57,385 nt of DNA from a virus (lineage: Duplodnaviria > Caudoviricetes): positions 1-57,385 of the IMG/VR virus record IMGVR_UViG_3300021182_000018; one strand, written 5' to 3'. A program made the position numbers and the translations under genes. The first letter of the stretch is position 1; each line of letters begins with the position of its first letter. Below, one piece after another: positions 55,001 to 57,385 of this stretch. The notes beneath the pieces are model-generated. The model saw only the letters and a list, made by a program, of their open reading frames with translations. It was not told the DNA's origin and made no database searches.

Positions 55001-55034
55001 AAGAGTTCTGATTTAATTATCAGGACTCTTTTTT
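55001..55034 (+). terminator. Rho-independent terminator after gp22
   Basis: AAGAGTTCTGAT...ATCAGGACTCTT followed by TTTT. Confidence 0.65.
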
Positions 55035-55165
55035 AATTGTTTTCGGAAATACTTTGTGAGGATTTTTCGGAAAATCTTTTAAAGTAGTTTTTCGAAAACC
55101 TTTGAGAAAATTTTTTTAATACTTTCTAATAAATATTTTTAATAACTCTAAAGGAGAAATTAAAA

Positions 55166-56458
55166 ATGAGTAAACTAAGTAGAGATCAGATTTTAGAAAA
55201 GTGGATGCGTATGCCCGGAAAGCTCTCCGTTGCCTCCATCCCCAATCCAGAGCTTCGCGCTAATCTTGCCGTTCTAATGGAAAACCAAGTTTCTCAGGAA
55301 TCTTTTAGCCTTACCGAAAGCGTAACTGGCGAAACTACCACTGGTAACTACGGTTCAAATAACGGCGCCGGTGCTCAGTTCCAACCTATCGCCCTTGCCC
55401 TCGTTCGCAGAGCTTACTACGAACATTTCGCTCACCGCGTAGTTGGTCTTCAGGCTATGAATGGACCTGTCGGACTTGCTTATGCTCTTCGTCGTGCATA
55501 TGTTCAGGCCGGTGTTCCTGGTGCTGGAACAACTGGTGGAAACGATCTTTACGAAGCCGGTTTCCGTGCTCTTAACGAATTCTCTGGATATTCAGGTTCA
55601 CAGGCTGGATCTGCTCTTACCACTGCTACTTCTGCCATCTATACCCTCTCCGGAGCGTCTGCTGGTCAGTTCGGTACTGGTATTGCTACCTCCGCCGCTG
55701 AAGCTTGGGGAATTGGAAATGGAATGCCTCAGCTTACTCTATATCTTGACAAGGTTGCTATTCAGGCAAACGTTCGTATGCTTGGAGCCAGCTTCTCACT
55801 CGTAGCCGCTCAGGATCTAAAGGCGATGCACAATCTAGATATGGAACGTGAGATGCTTGACATCCTATCCATTGAAGTGCCTGCCGAACGTGACCGCGAA
55901 ATTATCGGTCGTATGATTCAAGCCGCCGTAAACGTTTCTAATGGTGGAGCAGTCCCCGTTACATTCGATGCTTTCAATAGCGACGGTCGTTGGTCTCAGG
56001 AAAAGTTCTCTAATCTAGTTAACGTAATCACTAAGGCTTCTAATGACATTGCAACTGCTACTTTCCGTGGAGCCGGTAACTTCGTTATCGTCAGCCCTCG
56101 CGTAGCTACTGCTCTACAGTCTGCCGGGCCTCAGTTCACCGCCAACACTGCCGAAGTAAATGCAACTACCACCGTTACTGAAGTAGGTAAGATCAATGGA
56201 ACTATCACCGTTTATCGTGACGCTCTCGCTCCTCTAGACTATGCTCTTGTTGGTTATAAGGGTCCTAGCATTAATGATGCCGGTATCATTCTTTCCGACT
56301 TTATCACTGGTCTGTTTAACTCTGCTGTTCGCCCAGATGACTTCGGGAGAAATATTGGAGTTATGTCGCGCTATGCTATCACAGATTCCCTTTTGGGTTC
56401 TGGTCGTTACTATCGTGCTATCCAGGTAGTAAATCTAGACAAGGTTATTGGTTCATAA
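55166..56458 (+). CDS. gp23: Major capsid protein
   Basis: KW, MENQ, LVRRA...VGLQAMNGPVG..YALR, AQDLKAMH, REII, GAGNFVIVSP, VGYKG, SRY; ATAAATA at 55129-55135; strong codon bias. Confidence 0.97.
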   Translation: MSKLSRDQILEKWMRMPGKLSVASIPNPELRANLAVLMENQVSQESFSLTESVTGETTTGNYGSNNGAGAQFQPIALALVRRAYYEHFAHRVVGLQAMNGPVGLAYALRRAYVQAGVPGAGTTGGNDLYEAGFRALNEFSGYSGSQAGSALTTATSAIYTLSGASAGQFGTGIATSAAEAWGIGNGMPQLTLYLDKVAIQANVRMLGASFSLVAAQDLKAMHNLDMEREMLDILSIEVPAERDREIIGRMIQAAVNVSNGGAVPVTFDAFNSDGRWSQEKFSNLVNVITKASNDIATATFRGAGNFVIVSPRVATALQSAGPQFTANTAEVNATTTVTEVGKINGTITVYRDALAPLDYALVGYKGPSINDAGIILSDFITGLFNSAVRPDDFGRNIGVMSRYAITDSLLGSGRYYRAIQVVNLDKVIGS

Positions 56459-56484
56459 TAAAAATCAATAGTCGCTAAATTTTT

Positions 56485-56515
56485 AAGAGAGATTCTGCAA
56501 AGGGTCTCTCTTTTT
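56485..56515 (+). terminator. Terminator after gp23
   Basis: AAGAGAGATTCT-GCAA-AGGGTCTCTCTT followed by T run. Confidence 0.8.
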
Positions 56516-56607
56516 ATTTGTAAAAATATTGTAAAACTTTGTAACATCTTCGTGATTTAGGGGCGAACATGCATAAATAAAAGAAAGCTAAACATGGAGA
56601 ATTGAAA

Positions 56608-57270
56608 ATGAATTACATGAGAATTTATAACAAAATTATTAAAAATGCTCAGACAAAATATCGAGTAAAAAGGCAAAGGAGAATATTTGAGAAACATCAT
56701 ATTATTCCTAAATGTCAAGGAGGAACTAATAACCAAAACAATTTAGTTTTATTAACAGCTAGAGAACATTATCTCTGTCATAAACTTTTGCAAATGGCTA
56801 ATCCGCATAATAGAGAACTTGCTTTTGCTTATCAATGTATGATTACTAGAAAGACAGGGGAACGAAAAGTTGCAACTGCTAAAGAATATGAATATTGTAG
56901 AATAAAAATTGCAAAGTTGAACGAAGAATATTTTAAACATAATCCTGGAAATAGAAAAGGTTCTCACCAATCTCAGGAAGCAATAGAACAACAAAAAGCA
57001 AAACTAAAAATATATTACGAAAACCTTTCTCCAGAGGATAGACAATTATGGGTAGATAAGTTTTCTGGAGAAAATAGTCCAACATACGGAATCCCTAGAA
57101 CGGAAGAGGTCAAAGAAAAAATTTCAGATGCAACTTCGTCGGAAATTATATACGCTGGAGAAAAATATTCTTCAGTAAAAGTTGCAGCAAGAAAATTAAA
57201 TATGAACGAAAAGGCTATTAGAAGCAAAATTATTAGAGAAGAAGAAAAAGGAAATCCAGATTACAAATAG
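56608..57270 (+). CDS. HNH homing endonuclease with NUMOD3-like segments
   Basis: EKHHIIPKCQGG.N...NLVLLTAREHYLCH; GENSPTYG..RTEE.KEKIS; GGAG RBS before the ATG at 56608; ATAAATA 56573-56579. Confidence 0.88.
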   Translation: MNYMRIYNKIIKNAQTKYRVKRQRRIFEKHHIIPKCQGGTNNQNNLVLLTAREHYLCHKLLQMANPHNRELAFAYQCMITRKTGERKVATAKEYEYCRIKIAKLNEEYFKHNPGNRKGSHQSQEAIEQQKAKLKIYYENLSPEDRQLWVDKFSGENSPTYGIPRTEEVKEKISDATSSEIIYAGEKYSSVKVAARKLNMNEKAIRSKIIREEEKGNPDYK

Positions 57271-57274
57271 TTTC

Positions 57275-57385
57275 CTAGCCCATAGAAGAATGTAGAACAT
57301 TCGACTTTTTAGGTTTCGGTTGGCCCGAAGGGGCAGACGGAGTTAAGCGTCTTGGGCTAACTACAAAGCCCTTTATCCTGTTTTC
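57275..57385 (-). CDS. 3' end of a minus-strand ORF entering from outside the window, possibly TnpB
   Basis: Open frame ENRIKGFVVSPRRLTPSAPSGQPKPKKSNVLHSSMG*; RI.G.VV.P.R resembles TnpB C-termini; region is GC-richer and structured. Confidence 0.35.
   Translation of the reverse strand, partial: ENRIKGFVVSPRRLTPSAPSGQPKPKKSNVLHSSMG

Larger units (their letters stand above)
35522..55135 (+). promoter_or_regulatory. Set of T4-type late promoters, consensus (A/C)TAAATA
   Basis: Upstream of most late genes: 35522, 35794, 36414, 37334, 37501, 38984, 40374, 48135, 50431, 51351, 53942, 55129 (also 33722, 35081, 56573). gp55 is encoded in the window. Confidence 0.8.

Noticed and set aside
36060-57227. 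Minus-strand ORFs in the right arm and alternative-frame ORFs inside gp23 (55461, 56241)
   Set aside because: Overlap conserved genes; explained by codon bias.
1-57385. Stop-codon reassignment
   Set aside because: Core genes are full length in code 11, and TAA, TAG and TGA all end genes at tight junctions.
1-57385. Window is a complete circular genome joining the two tnpB-like ends
   Set aside because: The join is out of frame, and terminase, tail, baseplate and clamp genes are missing.
1-57385. tRNA or rRNA genes
   Set aside because: No cloverleaf with D- and T-arm consensus seen in the intergenic regions examined.

Overview
57 kb AT-rich segment of a large T4-like myophage genome in the standard genetic code. 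The left arm (minus strand, 1-33600) has four parts: an IS607 element inserted into an older tnpB gene; a ~12.6 kb glycan-biosynthesis island (2x GT11, GT17, 2x GT2, GT-B, RfbH/DdhC, RmlD-like, TylF methyltransferase, HAD-nucleotidyltransferase fusion, cupin); the T4-type replication/recombination/late-transcription core (gp61, gp32, gp59-like, gp33-like, gp41, UvsX, gp43, gp47, gp55, gp46); and arrays of tiny ORFs between these core genes. A ~0.9 kb non-coding region near the strand switch is a candidate origin. The right arm (plus strand) holds UvsY, UvsW, probable internal head proteins, a split gp14, two very long Ser/Thr/Gly-rich fibre proteins and the head module (gp20, gp67-like, gp21, gp22, gp23). 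Four free-standing homing-type endonucleases are present. The most striking observation is that many of the tiny ORFs in the replication arm carry short, diverged copies of segments of this phage's own essential proteins. One matches the major capsid Gol-like region (54 aa ORF absent from the ORF track), one the portal clip segment, and about ten the region-2 helix of late sigma gp55 (the clearest are the four ORFs at 14161-15052 and the one at 26115). This suggests a self-mimic/decoy mini-gene system. All alignments were made by eye; no database searches were run.
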